A stretch of 63,877 nucleotides of DNA, the filler included, from Reticulomyxa filosa (Eukaryota > Protista > Foraminifera): NCBI GenBank assembly GCA_000512085.1. It is 18 parts of 18 records of this genome, joined end to end, with 100 filler letters (N's around TTAATTAATTAA, not from the genome) between each part and the next. Parts side by side here need not be neighbours in the genome. Positions count along the whole stretch, not along the records: positions 13,022 to 15,076 come from ASPP01047259.1; positions 15,177 to 17,614 come from ASPP01021071.1; positions 17,715 to 23,248 come from ASPP01046068.1; positions 23,349 to 24,500 come from ASPP01021675.1; positions 24,601 to 27,293 come from ASPP01027691.1; 13 more parts are not named here. One strand, 5' to 3'. Below the pieces are notes generated by a model, which was not told the DNA's origin, did no database searches, and worked only from the letters and a program-made list of their open reading frames with translations. This document shows, piece by piece, positions 12,922-27,040 of this stretch. Within the stretch, counting starts at the first letter, position 1. The number at the start of each line of letters is the position of its first letter. Position numbers and translations under genes: made by a program.

Positions 12922-14810
12922 NNNNNNNNNNNNNNNNNNNNNNNNNNNNNNNNNNNNNNNNNNNNTTAATTAATTAANNNNNNNNNNNNNNNNNNNNNNN
13001 NNNNNNNNNNNNNNNNNNNNNTCAAACGTTTTTAAATTGTTTATGTATATTTCTCAAAGAATTATGAATATATAATATTTCTTGAGTGCATTGAAATGCA
13101 GAAGAAAAACAATCCACACGAAATGATAATCTTACAAAAACAGTTTCTTGTGTCGATTTTTTTTTGTCCTTTTTATCATGACTCTTCCAAACTTATTTGG
13201 ATAAAATGAATGCATAATCTTGTCACTCTTCAACATAAAAAAACAAAAATTTCAAAGCGCAAAATATTATCGAAAATTAATGCGATTTTGGTTCTTTTTT
13301 ATTTATTCATTGTGTTTGTTTCATGAAATCAATCACCTTTTTCTGGAGTCACTCCAATTTATGCTAGCGTTTTTTATTGGAGGAATCTCCATTTTTTTTT
13401 AAAGAAAAATATTTATATTTTGATTACAATGGAATACATTTTAATGAATCATTTCGAAGGTCAATTGGAAAAAAAATATGATATCCTTTAACAAAGCAAA
13501 TTGATCCATATCGATGAACTACATTTTATTTTTGTATACCTTCAATTGACTTTCAAAAATATTCACTCAATAGAATTCAAAACAATTCTAATTTATGCCC
13601 TCTATTAATTGAATTCCAAATACTAAATTCAGAATTATTTTTTTGACAATTTTTCAAAAATAACAGAAGGAGGATATATAATCATTTTTAATATAAACTT
13701 CTTTTGAAAATTTGAAAAAAGATGGCATTTTTCAATTAAAAAAAAAAATTGGTAAACTTGAAAAAGGAGATGTCTCTATGCTTTGTAAGAGAACATGGGC
13801 AAGGGTGTGTAGAAGGTCTTGACACGCTACAGATAACGTGTAAGACTATGGAAACTCTGTGAAGAAGTTGGTATCGTTTTTTAGTTCTTCCTTTTATGCA
13901 TCATCTTCCAGTTTTTTAAAAAATCAACTTCTTTATTTTAAGTGTATTTTCAAAGTAGTCTTTTTTTTTCCTGTTGACAAGCAAAAAAAATCATAATTCA
14001 ATTTTGCAGAGGAAGACAAAAAAAAGTGATGATATTGTATAACTATGCTATCGGATTTTTTACATTGGTAAGTGAAAATGATTAAATCATACATTTCAAA
14101 TGGTTTTTTTTTCTTGAAGAAAATATAATGTATATTTTATGCAAAGATATTGTTCCATTTTTTGTTTTGTAAATATTTGTAACATTTGATAACATTGCTT
14201 TTTCAAAAAAAAAGATTATTTTATGAATTTCTAGGCAGTGAAATATATTTATTTGGCCTTGTCATCTATGGAATGTACAATTTGAATAAGAGTAAAGGAA
14301 ATTTTATTATTTTTTCATTGTTTTTTATTTTTTTTTGACGATAAATAGCTAATTCTACAAAAATTTTGTTTTGAAAAACAACAAAACCAAATACTATATT
14401 TCAAAAAAATAAAAACTTTACGTACATTATAAAAAAAATAATCATTTAAATCTTTATGATTAGATTATTCAATTTAAAAGAACAAATTATATTTCATAGT
14501 TCATTTTCACTTTCGAAAAACTAATCCATATTTAGTTTCTTGAAAAAAATTGATAAAAAAAAAAAAGCAAAGCTGCTCTCCCCTAAAACAAAAAAATTAA
14601 TCCCTAAAAATCTATTGATCATTTTTATAAAAAATATTTACAATATTATAAGTATAAATATATTTTTGTGTATTATTGAAAAACAAATAACAAAATCTTT
14701 CGAATCGTATAAAATATTATCATGTTTAAAAAAAAAAAAAGGAGAACGGAAAAAGGATTGAAAAAGTTCTGTTTCTCCGTTTTTAAATTTCCTATTAATT
14801 AGACAAAATA

Positions 14811-15076
14811 ATGTCTTCTAAAGCTTTTATTTGTCTCGAAAAAAAGATGCATGAAGTGGAACTTATTTCTCTGGACTTTAAAAGTTTGAAAGAAAGGATC
14901 TTGGTGATTATTAACACAAATAAGGACGGAAATGATGAAACAAAAAACTCTATACATCATTTTAAAATTGTTGATAATAATGGTCAAGAAATTACCAATG
15001 ATCAACAATTAAAAAGCGCATTTGAAACTCAGCCTGTTTTCTTTTTCATTCATTTCATTCACAGTTTTGTTTATTA
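14811..15076 (+). CDS. N-terminal PB1/ubiquitin-like domain of a hypothetical protein (5' fragment)
   Basis: MSSKAFICLEKKMHEVEL..FKSLKERI..FKIVDNNGQEITNDQQLKSAF resembles the PB1 pattern (basic beta1; D-x-D-G-x-x-I-x-x-D-x-x-L). Truncated by the spacer. Confidence 0.5.
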
Positions 15077-15236
15077 NNNNNNNNNNNNNNNNNNNNNNNN
15101 NNNNNNNNNNNNNNNNNNNNTTAATTAATTAANNNNNNNNNNNNNNNNNNNNNNNNNNNNNNNNNNNNNNNNNNNNAAAAAAAAAAAAGACAACAGCAAT
15201 AGAATGATGCGAGATAAAGGATGTTCACACTTTGTA

Positions 15237-15894
15237 ATGAAATGAATAGACGAAAAAAACGCTCATTCTTGCGGAAGACAGTGCAAACAAAACAGCAAGT
15301 TTATCCGCGGAGGAGCCAATTGCGAAAAGCTGCAGTGAAAGTGATGAAAAAGAAGCGAAGAAAAAAACAAAGAGTGAGAAACCGAAGCCGCTGACAATAT
15401 CTAACAGCAAAAAAAAAAAAAAAACGAGTAAAAAAAAGAAAAAGAGTAAGCAAAAAAATAAAGACCAAAACAACGTTGAAATTAATAAAGAAAAGGAAGA
15501 AAATTCAGAACATACAAAAACAAAGACATTGGAAATTACAATTTCTCCTGATCCAAAAGTTTCAACAAAGGAAGATAAAGCAATTAATGACAACACTGAT
15601 AAGAAGGAAAACGAAGACAACACAAAAGAACAGGCAAGGGAAATTGAAACAAGTGAAGAAAAAGAAAAAGAAAAAGAAAACATTAAAATTGATGCTGAAA
15701 TTGAGGTTGTCATTGAAAAAACAACAACCCAAAATGCTCATACATCAGCTTCAAACGGGAAAAAAGCTCGACAGGCTCCAGTTCTTGGGTATCCAGTGAT
15801 GAAGATTGACCTTGAACAAAACAACAAAATTGGAGCATTTTTCTCCCTTTATTTACAAATGCCTTCCATTCAAAAAAAAAAATGTTTTATATGA
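15237..15894 (+). pseudogene. K/E-rich low-complexity protein fragment
   Basis: Purine-rich coding-like tract ending ..RQAPVLGYPVMKIDLEQNNKIG. Stops upstream and no clear start. Confidence 0.35.
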
Positions 15895-17186
15895 AAGTTG
15901 GGTTGCATGTGACAATTCCAATTAGTTAGGAGGGCAGTTTCAAAATGATTTAAAAAAAAGAAAAGTTTTTACAACATTTGTCATGCATTTGTTCAAAGCT
16001 AAAAGGGTGTTTTTTAAATTGTAAAGTTGAGTGAACTCAAAAAATTAACATTGAAAAGATATTTACTTCCTCAACCAGAATATAGCACATTAACTACAAC
16101 GTGATACAAAAGTAAACACACTACAGCAAGCGTCATAGTGGTTGGACGCGATGCTGGGAGAACAAAGAAAAGGTAGTCAGTACGTAAAAGCAACAAAAGG
16201 GTCAAAACAAAAATAATAATAAAATTCTTTCATCAATAATACTGACATTCCGACATAACACATACGAAGATGGCAACGCTTGTATTATTTGGTGTAAGTG
16301 GCAATGTCGAAAGGCTATGTACAGTCAAGCAAAGCGGAACATGACTGGTCAAATATTGAATTCGCATAACACGTGAGTCGCAAAAAACATATAATGATAC
16401 TACTGTCAGCAGATTTACATTGGCAAGCGATTGTGCAAGGATCTTGCGACAAGTCAGTACGAAATTGATTGTTAAACTAACAACTGTCAATAAATGAAGA
16501 AATTGACAACGACCAGTAGTATGACTTATGTGAACGATGCGACAAAAAGAACAAACATGAAACTGATAACACAATGCACGTGACATTTGCAACAGTTTAA
16601 AGATATAAACAAGCTTCCAACAATAGTATCGTATGCAAAACAAACAATGCAAGTGCTTATTAACAAGCAATAATACAACTAAACAAAAATAAATAAGTTT
16701 GCATAAAGCAATGATATTGACTAATTATGAAACAGTAAGAATACATTTGATAATTATCTGGTATTTATAGTGTCAATGCTGAACAAACTAGTTATAATCA
16801 GCAATTTATTCGTAAGTACTTAATAAAAACTGCAAAAGATATTAACATGTTATTGCAAGATATATTATATTCCAATTGATACAAATGCTGACTGCAACAG
16901 ATACAAAGAAAACGACATAAAATAAATAATCAAACATTTAGATAATAGTGATAATGTAGGCATTGATAAAGATAAAGTTAATATTAACATAACAATGCAA
17001 CATGACAGTACTTTGATAATTAGTTCATATATGACTAGTGGGCTTAAAAGAAAGACTCAACATCAAACTAGCAAAACATATAGTCGAAAATTTCATAAAC
17101 ATGATAAGTCATATTCTATCTAAAGAATGTGTATAATGTATTGAGTTTAGTATATTATAATAATATATTGATCTTCACCACAAAGA

Positions 17187-17541
17187 AATACATTATATTG
17201 CAAAAAAACAAACATACCTAAATGTCACTATATAAAGAGAATATATTTTCTAAATAAAAAATAAAGATTTAAACCTAATTTTTTTTTAAATATATAGTAA
17301 TCTTGTAGTTTTTAAATATTAAAATTTTTTATTTTTGCTAATTTTCTTTATTGTTGATATTTTTAATTGATATTTCAAAATTTCGATATTTAAAATATTG
17401 AAACATTTGATTGCTTTTAAGAAAAGAGTTGCTGTTGGTGCAGCTAGTATTCGATCTGTATTAAAGAAATTTAATATAAGTATAGCTTCGATTTTGGATA
17501 TCGTCATATAAATGTAATGGAACCATAAAAAGAAAAGCTGA
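17187..17541. repeat. Dispersed non-coding repeat, copy A
   Basis: Reverse complement of 33387-33738 with high similarity. 17401-17451 matches 33475-33525 exactly. Confidence 0.9.
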
Positions 17542-17714
17542 ATCTGGCATGTCAGGTAAGATTCGTCATATCACAAAGTTGAAGAAATAATAGATTAGTT
17601 TAAAGAAAATAATANNNNNNNNNNNNNNNNNNNNNNNNNNNNNNNNNNNNNNNNNNNNTTAATTAATTAANNNNNNNNNNNNNNNNNNNNNNNNNNNNNN
17701 NNNNNNNNNNNNNN

Positions 17715-20623
17715 TTAACATTCCACAATGTGTCAATCAAACGATATACAACAGGGCCGCAGCAATCTACTTGTTTATAATGATATTCAATTGTACTCAG
17801 TGATTGATAATCGTACTTCCAACTGTTGACAAATTATTATTTTGTTTGCAGTGTTGTACAACAATCGTAGTAGACAAGAGAATAACAAAAGTATTACATT
17901 ATCTGTTGTTGTTGTTGCATAAACGCCAGAAAAGTTAAAAAATTTTCAGATGGTGTCACCAATTCAACAAAATTTTTGTCAGTTTGGAATTTACTCAAAA
18001 ATACAGATCCAGATACGCCTCCTTCAAAAACACCAATTTTGTTAAAATGCTCTAAATATCGACTCCATTGTTTAAAATCCACTTGAAATGCAGTCAACAT
18101 AACGTCCCAACATTTATCGCCATTACCGATTGAATAAATATGATCCCATACGTCCTTATCTTGCAGGAATAAAAATTCCAAAACGGATTGAGACAATTTC
18201 CTATCCTTCTGGACAACCAGCAAATCAAGGACATACTCTTCGCTATGCATAGGAACAATTACACTTAACCTTCGTATATTTAAATCCGTTTGCAACACAG
18301 AAATGATTTTTTTGTCCAAATCATCGCCTTTCCATTCGGAGCACTCATTGCTTTGAAAACGTGACGATAATCTAATCCTAGAGGCGTTGTTTGTGGTGGG
18401 CAATGACAAATAGTTCAAACATGGAATTAAAAAAAAGAGATCCCATTTGGAAAGTAGTCCGTCGAGATGTGGCTTTACATTATCGAGCAACATGTCTTTA
18501 ATGATTGGAGGCAATTTGTCACGATATTGTTCGAAGATACACGAGATTACCTCAAACCACTTCCAGGATGGCCATTGTCTTATAGATGTGGCAATGTTTT
18601 TATTATTGTTTGAGCATTCCAATCCCCATTTGCACAATAGTAAATGTTGCAACACCTTGTGATTTTTGTTGTTGTTGTTGATTTTTCTTTTCGTTTCTTT
18701 AAAAAAAAAAAATGCAAAACTGATGACGAGTTTACTTCTGTTACTTCAAATTGTTGCATCCTTTTTTTCAAGTCTTGCTCTAATTGTTTTAATCCTTTTG
18801 CAATTATGTCTTTCTGTACGTGCAGTGCAAATTGTAATGTGTCGGCATGATTGACACCGTCCAATAAATGATTCAAAATAGCCCCTCCTTCTGTCGTAAT
18901 TTGATTTGGATTTGGAACGACAAAAACAAGGTCATCAGCTTTTATGGAGAAGTCTTTCTTTTCGCGTGTGCACTGTACATGAAGAGATAATTCCCCTTGC
19001 ACTGTTTTAAGGTCTTTGTAAAAAACGGTGGATGAAATTTTTTGCAGCTCAAATTCTTTTTTTTTTTTTCCCCATCACAAGTTCAAGGTATTATGCAATT
19101 TGAAAAAAAAAAATAGCAAACACATACTCGTATCTTCATCTTCTTTTAATGAAATGGATGGTAGATTTGTTTCTGATTCACAGACATAAATGCGCAGATT
19201 TCTTGTCCTTGGTTTACTCCTGTTGTCGCCTTTGTTCACAACTTCTTGACACTCTTTCAGTAGGGTGCTAGTGTCTGCGTCTTCGGTAAGCTCTTGAAAT
19301 TTTTGCACAATTTCCCAATACTTTTGCATTCCTGAAGCTTGTTTGGATGACTCTTTTTCCAATACCTGTACGACCTCTACTGGAACACCACACCGGGTTC
19401 GTATACATGTCTCAATCACTTTCTTCACACAATTGAATACGTCAGTCGAACCTCTTGCAAACCATCCAAATACTACAAAGAGTAGGGAAACAAAACAACT
19501 TGTACATTTTAAAAAATACACTAAAAAAAATATACGTAACTGCTTGGATTCTTCGCAGCATCAAAAGCTTCCAGTGCTTGCTTTGCACTTCCCGAAAGTA
19601 GGATTGTTTGCATTTTTCGTCTGTCCAAATCCAAACAAACAAAAAAAAAGGATGCAATTGTTTGTTACGATTTTACAAAAATAAAAACCAAACGGTGGAG
19701 TGTGTGGCACCAGTTTCACGTTTATTGGGCTCCATTCATTTTTTATCAATCGCAAACGAAATTTCACAGTGTCATCTTCTCTTGGCTCCACTTCTGAAAT
19801 TGGAGTAATTCCATATCTCCAAAATACCACCTTTGTTGCCATTTCCAACAACATTTTAAAAAAGCAAAACATGAACATTGTTTCAATAAGATAAATACCC
19901 ACGAATAATATATATGTATATAAATATTTATATATTTAGTATACACACTTGCTCTGATTTGCTTGTGTGCACAGAGAGCGGTACGATTTGAGCTGTTGAC
20001 TCTTTGCTCGATACCGAAACCTTTGTAGAATACATTGCCGGAAATTTTATGTCGTGTATTGTTACCGTATTTACTTCGTCAATAGAATAATAGCATTCAA
20101 TTTCATCACCTTCTTGTATTTCCAAATGCTCCCATTTTTGTGTCGTTTAGATTAATTTCTTGCTCATTGCTCTATTGCATCAGTATGTGTATTTGTTTTT
20201 AAAAAGGTTTTTTTCTTTGTCGTACATAGTAAGGATACCTTCAAATTCACATAAGCAATACTCCTTGTTTTTATCATTTTGGAAACCAATAGAACTTCTT
20301 TACTTCTATTGTTTTTTTAAAATATTTTTATTCAACTACTCAGTACCACGTAATATGCATAAAACACACCCGACAGGAATTGGAATACTTGGCCTTTTGG
20401 ATACGTCCTTAATTGCATCGCTCAATCTTCCTTTTGTTGCTGTTTGCAATTCCACTTTTTTAAACACGTCTTCCCAGTCTTTTTCTGTTAATCTGGAGAC
20501 GTCCTTCACAGATAGACACTCTTTCTCTTGTCGAAGCATCTTGCACAATGCTTCTGCCTGTTCCTGTTTCATTTGTACAGGCGGATTTATCAAGAATGAG
20601 AATATTTCGACTTCCATGTTCAC
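17715..20623 (-). pseudogene. Large multi-exon hypothetical protein with SAM-like N-terminus, disrupted
   Basis: Colinear minus-strand ORFs (20336-20623, 19928-20260, 19561-19902, 19075-19521, 18580-19002, 17894-18655) separated by GT-AG introns. N-terminus LCKMLRQEKECLSVKDVSRLTEKDWEDVF..TATKGRLSDAI is SAM-like. In-frame TGA at 20180-20182 and TAA at 20147-20149, and a stop at 17894. Confidence 0.6.
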
Positions 20624-20923
20624 TCTATATTATGTTGAATCACAAGCCCTTTATTTTTTTAAAAAAGAAAGGAACTCTTTTTTTTCCCTCCCACTCCTAT
20701 TATGCGCGAATATATCACGAAAAATTAAATTAAAGATTTGCTTGTATTGTTTGTGGCCAGTATTTTTCTTATTGTAAACGAAGCAATCTTTTTTGTTTTT
20801 TTAATAGTGGCTCAAAAACGCATTTTGCAAAAAAAAACTACAAGTAATTTTTACGAAAGACTAAAACATGAGACATCATTTTGACATTTGAATCTTATTA
20901 TAAATAAAGACGTTTATGCTCGT

Positions 20924-21130
20924 CTAGCTTCTTTTGTAATCGGCATGCACAAAAGTCCGTTTGGCGTAAGGAAAATCTTCGGCTTTTTTTTTTTGAAGTG
21001 CCAAAGAAATGTCATGAACGTATTCTAGGATGATATACCTATCCATAACAACTTCAACTTCTACAAACAAATTGCGTCCGACGTGATATGCTCTCAACAC
21101 GTCAATGCTAATATCAGCTGAGTGTTTCGC
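20924..21130 (-). pseudogene. Isolated C-terminal dimerisation domain of a cation diffusion facilitator (Mn-CDF/MTP-like)
   Basis: IDVLRAYHVGRNLFVEVEVVM..EYVHDISLALQKK..KRTFVHADY matches the CDF pattern IDTVRAY.FG..YFVEVDIV..EAHDIGE.LQ..ERAFVHLDY. No TM domain is visible upstream. Confidence 0.75.
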
Positions 21131-23348
21131 ACACGAGTTGAACAGATTGCAATCATTACAAGCAGATGTTTTAACATTGATGTTTTTGTTATCTAACTCT
21201 TTGACAGAATAATAGTATTTTGTTTCCATTTGTTTCATCATGTCTTGCGCATTTTTTGATTTTTATAAGATAATAAAATTTTATCCAATTGTAATAAATT
21301 GGGCTGTATTTAAATCAAACACCTTAATTTTATTTTTGAATATATGATAAATAGCAAATACTTTTCTTATCAATTGTTGCATACACTCATTGGTAATTTC
21401 TTGAATGATTGCATGTCTGTGAAAAGATTAATTACAATAGTTTATTTATCTATTTTTATTACTACTTTAAACGCTTACATGTATATCTCCAATTTATGTT
21501 TAACATATCTACTAAAAGGCAACAAAGTGCGTTCATTACAGTGTTTGTTGTTCTATCAACTTTGAAAGCGAGTTAAAGTACTATATCGGCCTTGCTTAAC
21601 TTGTCTTTCAGTAGATTTTTATATTGTAGTTCGATTACCCATGTTGTTAATGTTAAATAGCTTGACTTTCCTTAAAAAAAAAAGATGATATGAATAAATT
21701 TTAAAAAACAAAAACAGCAAATTCAAATGTTGAGTTTATATCTTTTTTTGAAAAACAAAAGTGTATTATTGCTAAGTGGCTCAAATAAAATACAAATTAC
21801 TTCTTCTTTTCCAAGAACGTGTCAATAAACTTGATGCTGAATTGGAGTTAAATGTTTTTTTTTGTGGGACATCTGCTTGATTAGTGAAATAAAAGAATGA
21901 ATAAAAAAACTAGTTATCACATTGTAATCTCTTTTTAATTACTAACACAAAATTAATAAAACTTTCTATTGTGTATGTAATATGAATCATAGCATCAAAC
22001 TAACAAGCAAAAATATATTCATTATGTACTCTTTTGGTTGCATAATTTTATACAAACAATTTTTGCTATTTCGAAACATCAAAATAACAATCTATTTCAT
22101 TATTGTACGTTAAACAAATTTAATTATTTATTTTTCTGAAAGAAAATTATATTGTTTGATATTTAATTTTTTTATACACAAAAAAATATTTGTTTCAACC
22201 TGCAAACAAATCATCAATCCGCATAAAGTACCTAAAAAATGTTTTTTGGATTGAAGAAAAACTATCAATTATTGCTTAAGAATTAGTTTTATTGACTTTT
22301 TTCTTTGAAACTACATCAAATTTTAATTCAGATTTATTGAGTACAAAGAACCTTTAAAAGAGGTTATTAGAACGAATAATCATTACCAGTATTTCAAACA
22401 ATACTAAAAAAGTTTGTAACCATTTTCTTTCATGTCAGTTATCTCCATCTCGATATATGTGGCAAGTGATCTGATTTAGTTTTTATTTGTTGAAATAATG
22501 CGTTCAAAAATTCTTTTTGATTACATTTACCCTGAGTTGTATCTGACAACAAAAATGCAAACGTAGAAACTTCAATTTTGTCACCTTGGGTTTTATGTAC
22601 GGATTACAAGTGTCAACTCTTTTCTTTTTGAATTGCTATTGATTATTCGTCATAAATATTCTATCCCTTTTTGCTCTTAAGAAAATTCGCCGATTCATCA
22701 CAAGTAAAAGTTTGACTAAACGAGAAAAAAATCTTGCAACATTTCAATGTTAGAAGTTTGTCGTATGTATAAAAATTCCTTCTAAATTATCAAAAAAATT
22801 TTTGTTTTCGTTTTTTAATGTTGATGCACGCGTCCAAAAATGAACAAATGTTTTTACGACGTATTCGTTAATTCTGATCATTGCACAAAAAAAAAGATTT
22901 TTGGCAATTTTCCAAAATTAATTATGATTAGCTTTACGTCTATAACGTTTTTTCCTTTTAATCAAGCCACCCGAAGCACTTTTCGGATTTCAAAAAAAGC
23001 TTTACATTTTGGGCGTGCATTATAAACAGTACAAAACTTTGATCGTATGCATTATGAAAACTGCACAAAAAAATGTTTTTTGCTTTCAAAAAGATTTTTT
23101 TCTGCCGATATTTTGACGAAGATAGAAAACGATCGGCCAAAAAAACGTGCAAAATTTCAACACTAAGTTTTTTATCATAAAAAAATTCTTGCTAGGTTTT
23201 TTTTCGCTCCAATAAATAAGATATAACAACAATTGTGGATAAAAAATGNNNNNNNNNNNNNNNNNNNNNNNNNNNNNNNNNNNNNNNNNNNNTTAATTAA
23301 TTAANNNNNNNNNNNNNNNNNNNNNNNNNNNNNNNNNNNNNNNNNNNN

Positions 23349-24416
23349 AGTTTGCTATGACAATTACCAGCTCTTGAAGGACTTCAGAAGAAATGGCATG
23401 ACCCAACTCATTGGAGAGATTCAAATGTGCTTTGAGATCTTCGACTGCAGACTCCATTCGCGTATGCTTTTTGCGGACGTCATCGGCCAAGCCGTACAAC
23501 TGATACAAGGACTCTTCATTCATAATTCCAATGTGTCCCAAATGGTTGACCGAAGGTCTTTGCGACGGGTCCAGTTTTTTGTTGAGCTCTTCTTTGATCT
23601 TCGACTTCTCTTGCTCCTGTTGCTGCAAATTCGACTCGTAGTTTTCCTCGTAAAAATTGCCACGCAAAATGCGCTGGCTCTCCAAAGACTGCATCGAGGG
23701 TCGAAAATCTCGCGATAGTCGATGTGCCAATTTCGTCCTTGTCTCTCGTCGTCGCACCGGTGCCATTGGCACAAATCCTTGAAATGGGTCCACTGTAAAC
23801 TCGTACACTTGTCCCGAGTTGGGGTCGTGATACTTGAATACTGTGTAATCATCTCCATTCCCATTTGCTGTCTCTTCTTGGGATACCTCCTTTTTTTTTT
23901 TGTATAATGCATTACATATATGTAATGTGCATTTGTGTATGTGTTTATGTATGATAGGAGATAAAACGTTGCATCCCCCCCCCCCTCCCTCTCTTTTTCC
24001 ATTGTATACATGAATATGTAGGAAGAGGAGAGGAGGACATTTGATCCCATCTCAATTACTTATTATTATTATTTTATTTTTTTTTTTGAAATAACTTGAG
24101 TTATATCAGTGTGACCATTTTGATAAGTACCATTTGTGTCGTGATAGTCATTGTCATTGTCATTGTCATTGTCATTGTCATTGTCATTGTCGTTGTCATT
24201 GTCGTTGTCATTGTCATTGTTGTTATTGTCATTGCCATTGCCATTGGAGTGATCAAAACCAAGTTGTGTCAAAATTGATTGCTGCTGTGGATCTGTATCT
24301 CCTCCATGCATAAACTCAATCAAATTCATGGCGACATTGTCAGGTATGTCCAACTCATGTTTTATGTAACTTGTTCTTGACTCTTTTCGTGAATGTTTTT
24401 GCAAACCATCATTCAA
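23349..24416 (-). CDS. Hypothetical protein, internal exons, with ND tract and repeated H-x-R-x-E-S motif
   Basis: Two exons (~24416-24096 and ~23890-23368) separated by a microsatellite-rich intron. Motifs KHSRKESRTSYIKHELDI and KHTRMESAVEDLKAHLNL. Confidence 0.6.
24147..24246. repeat. (GTCATT)n hexamer repeat encoding poly-ND
   Basis: Directly visible tandem array inside the exon. Confidence 0.95.
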
Positions 24417-24749
24417 CTTTTATTGTTATTATTATTATTATTATGACAATAACAAAAATTAACAAGTATTTTAATGTATCCACATATACATATACATATA
24501 NNNNNNNNNNNNNNNNNNNNNNNNNNNNNNNNNNNNNNNNNNNNTTAATTAATTAANNNNNNNNNNNNNNNNNNNNNNNNNNNNNNNNNNNNNNNNNNNN
24601 ATTAACAAAACGACAATGGCATTGTCGATATTGTCTATTGTATGGAAACAACAAATAAGTTATGAAAACGTAAAATTGCAATGGAATATAATATAACGCA
24701 TATTTAAAACAACACAACAAATAATGATTAGAGATTAGTATTCATATAA

Positions 24750-26172
24750 TCCAACAACATGCAATATTTAGTAAATTTTGTTCAAAACGCATCCCAAAAT
24801 TATGTATCACTTTTTATATGAATGACAATGCGTGGAGCAAATTAAATATTTAAAAACGGACAGTTTTGTCATCAGATCCAGAACACAGATATTTACCACA
24901 ATCAAATGGTGAAATTTCAATGCAAGTAACGCTATTAGAGTGTTCTTTGAACACTGAGAGTATTTTATTACATTATAATTCCAAAAACGAATAGAATTAT
25001 CAGCTGACGTAAAGCAAATGACTTCTTTACTTTCACGATTATAGTGATATTGTGAAAATTTTGCACAATATAATCTATTTTAATGCTTAAATTTCCAATT
25101 TGTTTCTTATTATCAACATACCATACATAAATTGTATCACATGACCCAGAACAAATGAATTGGCTACGATTAAATATTGTATAATCAATACTATCCACTC
25201 GACCATTATGCTCAAAGAGCTTATTTCGTTGTTTGTATGATGAATTAGTCAATTTAAGTTCATATTTACTATTGAATTCATCGTCATTAGTTTTACTTTC
25301 ACACAATATTGTTTCAAATTCTTGCTTTAATTTTGTAGTTTGATTAGCGAGCTCTTCCTGATATATGTATATTTTGTATTGTTGTTTTTTTATATAAATA
25401 AGAAAATAAAACATAAAATTTTGTGTTTTAGTGCTATAATATCTTCATTCATTTTCGTGATATCATTTAGGCTTTTTGTGTTTAGTACTCTTTGTGATTT
25501 TAATAATGTAATCTCATTCTATGTTTTTTTGTGTATTGTAAGTTATAAAGAAGAAAAAATGAACTTGTTGTTGTCGGATGGTGTTTTTCGCCCATTCATA
25601 CTTTTCGATAACTAATTGAAAGTGCATTTCTATATTTTCAATCAAATGTTGTTTTAAGTCTTTCTCAAGACAACAATGTATACATCCAAATTATTTAAAC
25701 CAACAATCAGATGTTTTTAATATACATGAAGTACGTAAATGTTCATGCATATCTTTTATTTCCTTTAAAGCCAAACATCGTTATAATATATCCTGTTTGT
25801 CTTCCTTCATGTGCTAAATCTTGATTAAATTGATTTGGACAGATAACATTTAATCCATCAATATGCATTCGCACTGATTGTGCTTTGTAATACTGGCAAC
25901 CATTATGAGGTCGAACAGGACATGTATTATTGTTGTTGCTGAGGAATTGTTTTAAACAATTCTCACCAACAATCAATGCTTTTTCAGCACCTTCGTGTTG
26001 AGAACAAGAGATTTCAACAGAATTGTTTGCAACTTGTTTGCAAACTAAACAAATAAAATTGCTGATGCAATCTTGATTATTCAATTTCAATACCCAGTTT
26101 CTATCAAAGCATTTATTTCCAAAAGGAACTGGAGTCACTCTAGTTTTAACAGATAATTCTTTGTCTTTCCAT
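24750..26172 (-). pseudogene. RING/TRAF-like zinc finger + coiled coil + WD40 protein, heavily disrupted
   Basis: Cys/His-rich module FICLVCKQVANNSVEISCSQHE..GENCLKQFL..TCPVRPHNGCQY..VICPNQF, then coiled-coil remnants and WD40 remnants (HNGRVDSIDY..FICSGSCDTIYVW; GKYLCSGSDDKTVRF) with many frameshifts and stops. Confidence 0.75.
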
Positions 26173-27040
26173 TTTTTATCTACACTTTACTCATATTCGA
26201 TTCTTTGACTTTTTATTTTCTAGGATTTGATTTATTTATTAATTGACAGAAAATTCGAAAGTTTTTTTTGGGAAAATTTTCTTTTTGAAAGTTCCTTTGA
26301 AAAAGGGTTTAAGAAAAAGGAAGATTGTCATTGCATGTTAGTAAGTAGAAATCAAGTTATAAATCAAGATTTTGGATATTACAAGTATATTGAATTCATT
26401 GCAAATTTTTTGTGAGTTTGCCTTAAAAAAAGATTTATTTTACTCCTTGTCATCAAGAAAATTCTTCAAATTAAAATGCACAACTTGAGATATGATGCAT
26501 CATTTCAAGATAGATACTTTTATATTTTCAAACAAAAATACAAAAGTTGTCATATTTATTTGTAGCTTTTTTATGGCGTTCAATTAAATAGACGTCAATC
26601 TTCATTGTATTTTTTGTTTTTAGAGTTGATACAGTCTTATGCACATATATGAGCTATTTTTAATGGCAACTCAGTTTGATGTATAGTTGCATTGATATAT
26701 TTTTCAACAATTTTTTGTTAAAGAACCAAAACAGAATTATCACATTAGCACCATCTTTTCATTAGTTATAATTTTTACTAATTTAAAAAAAGGAATTTGT
26801 CAAAGTGAGCTTTTTTCCATTCATCATTAAAACATATGTCCACGACCTTTTTATTACATTTATTAACTCAATACCTATTTGTTTTATCATGGCGCTTAGC
26901 ATTGGCTGATGGAACCATGGCATTTGTGTTTTGTTTTAGAACATGTTCTTGTTTTAAATTCATGTAAGCTTTGAAAATCTCTTATTACATAACTTGTATG
27001 CTGGACTAGTCCAAGAGAGTACGCAAGATAAGTATGAACT

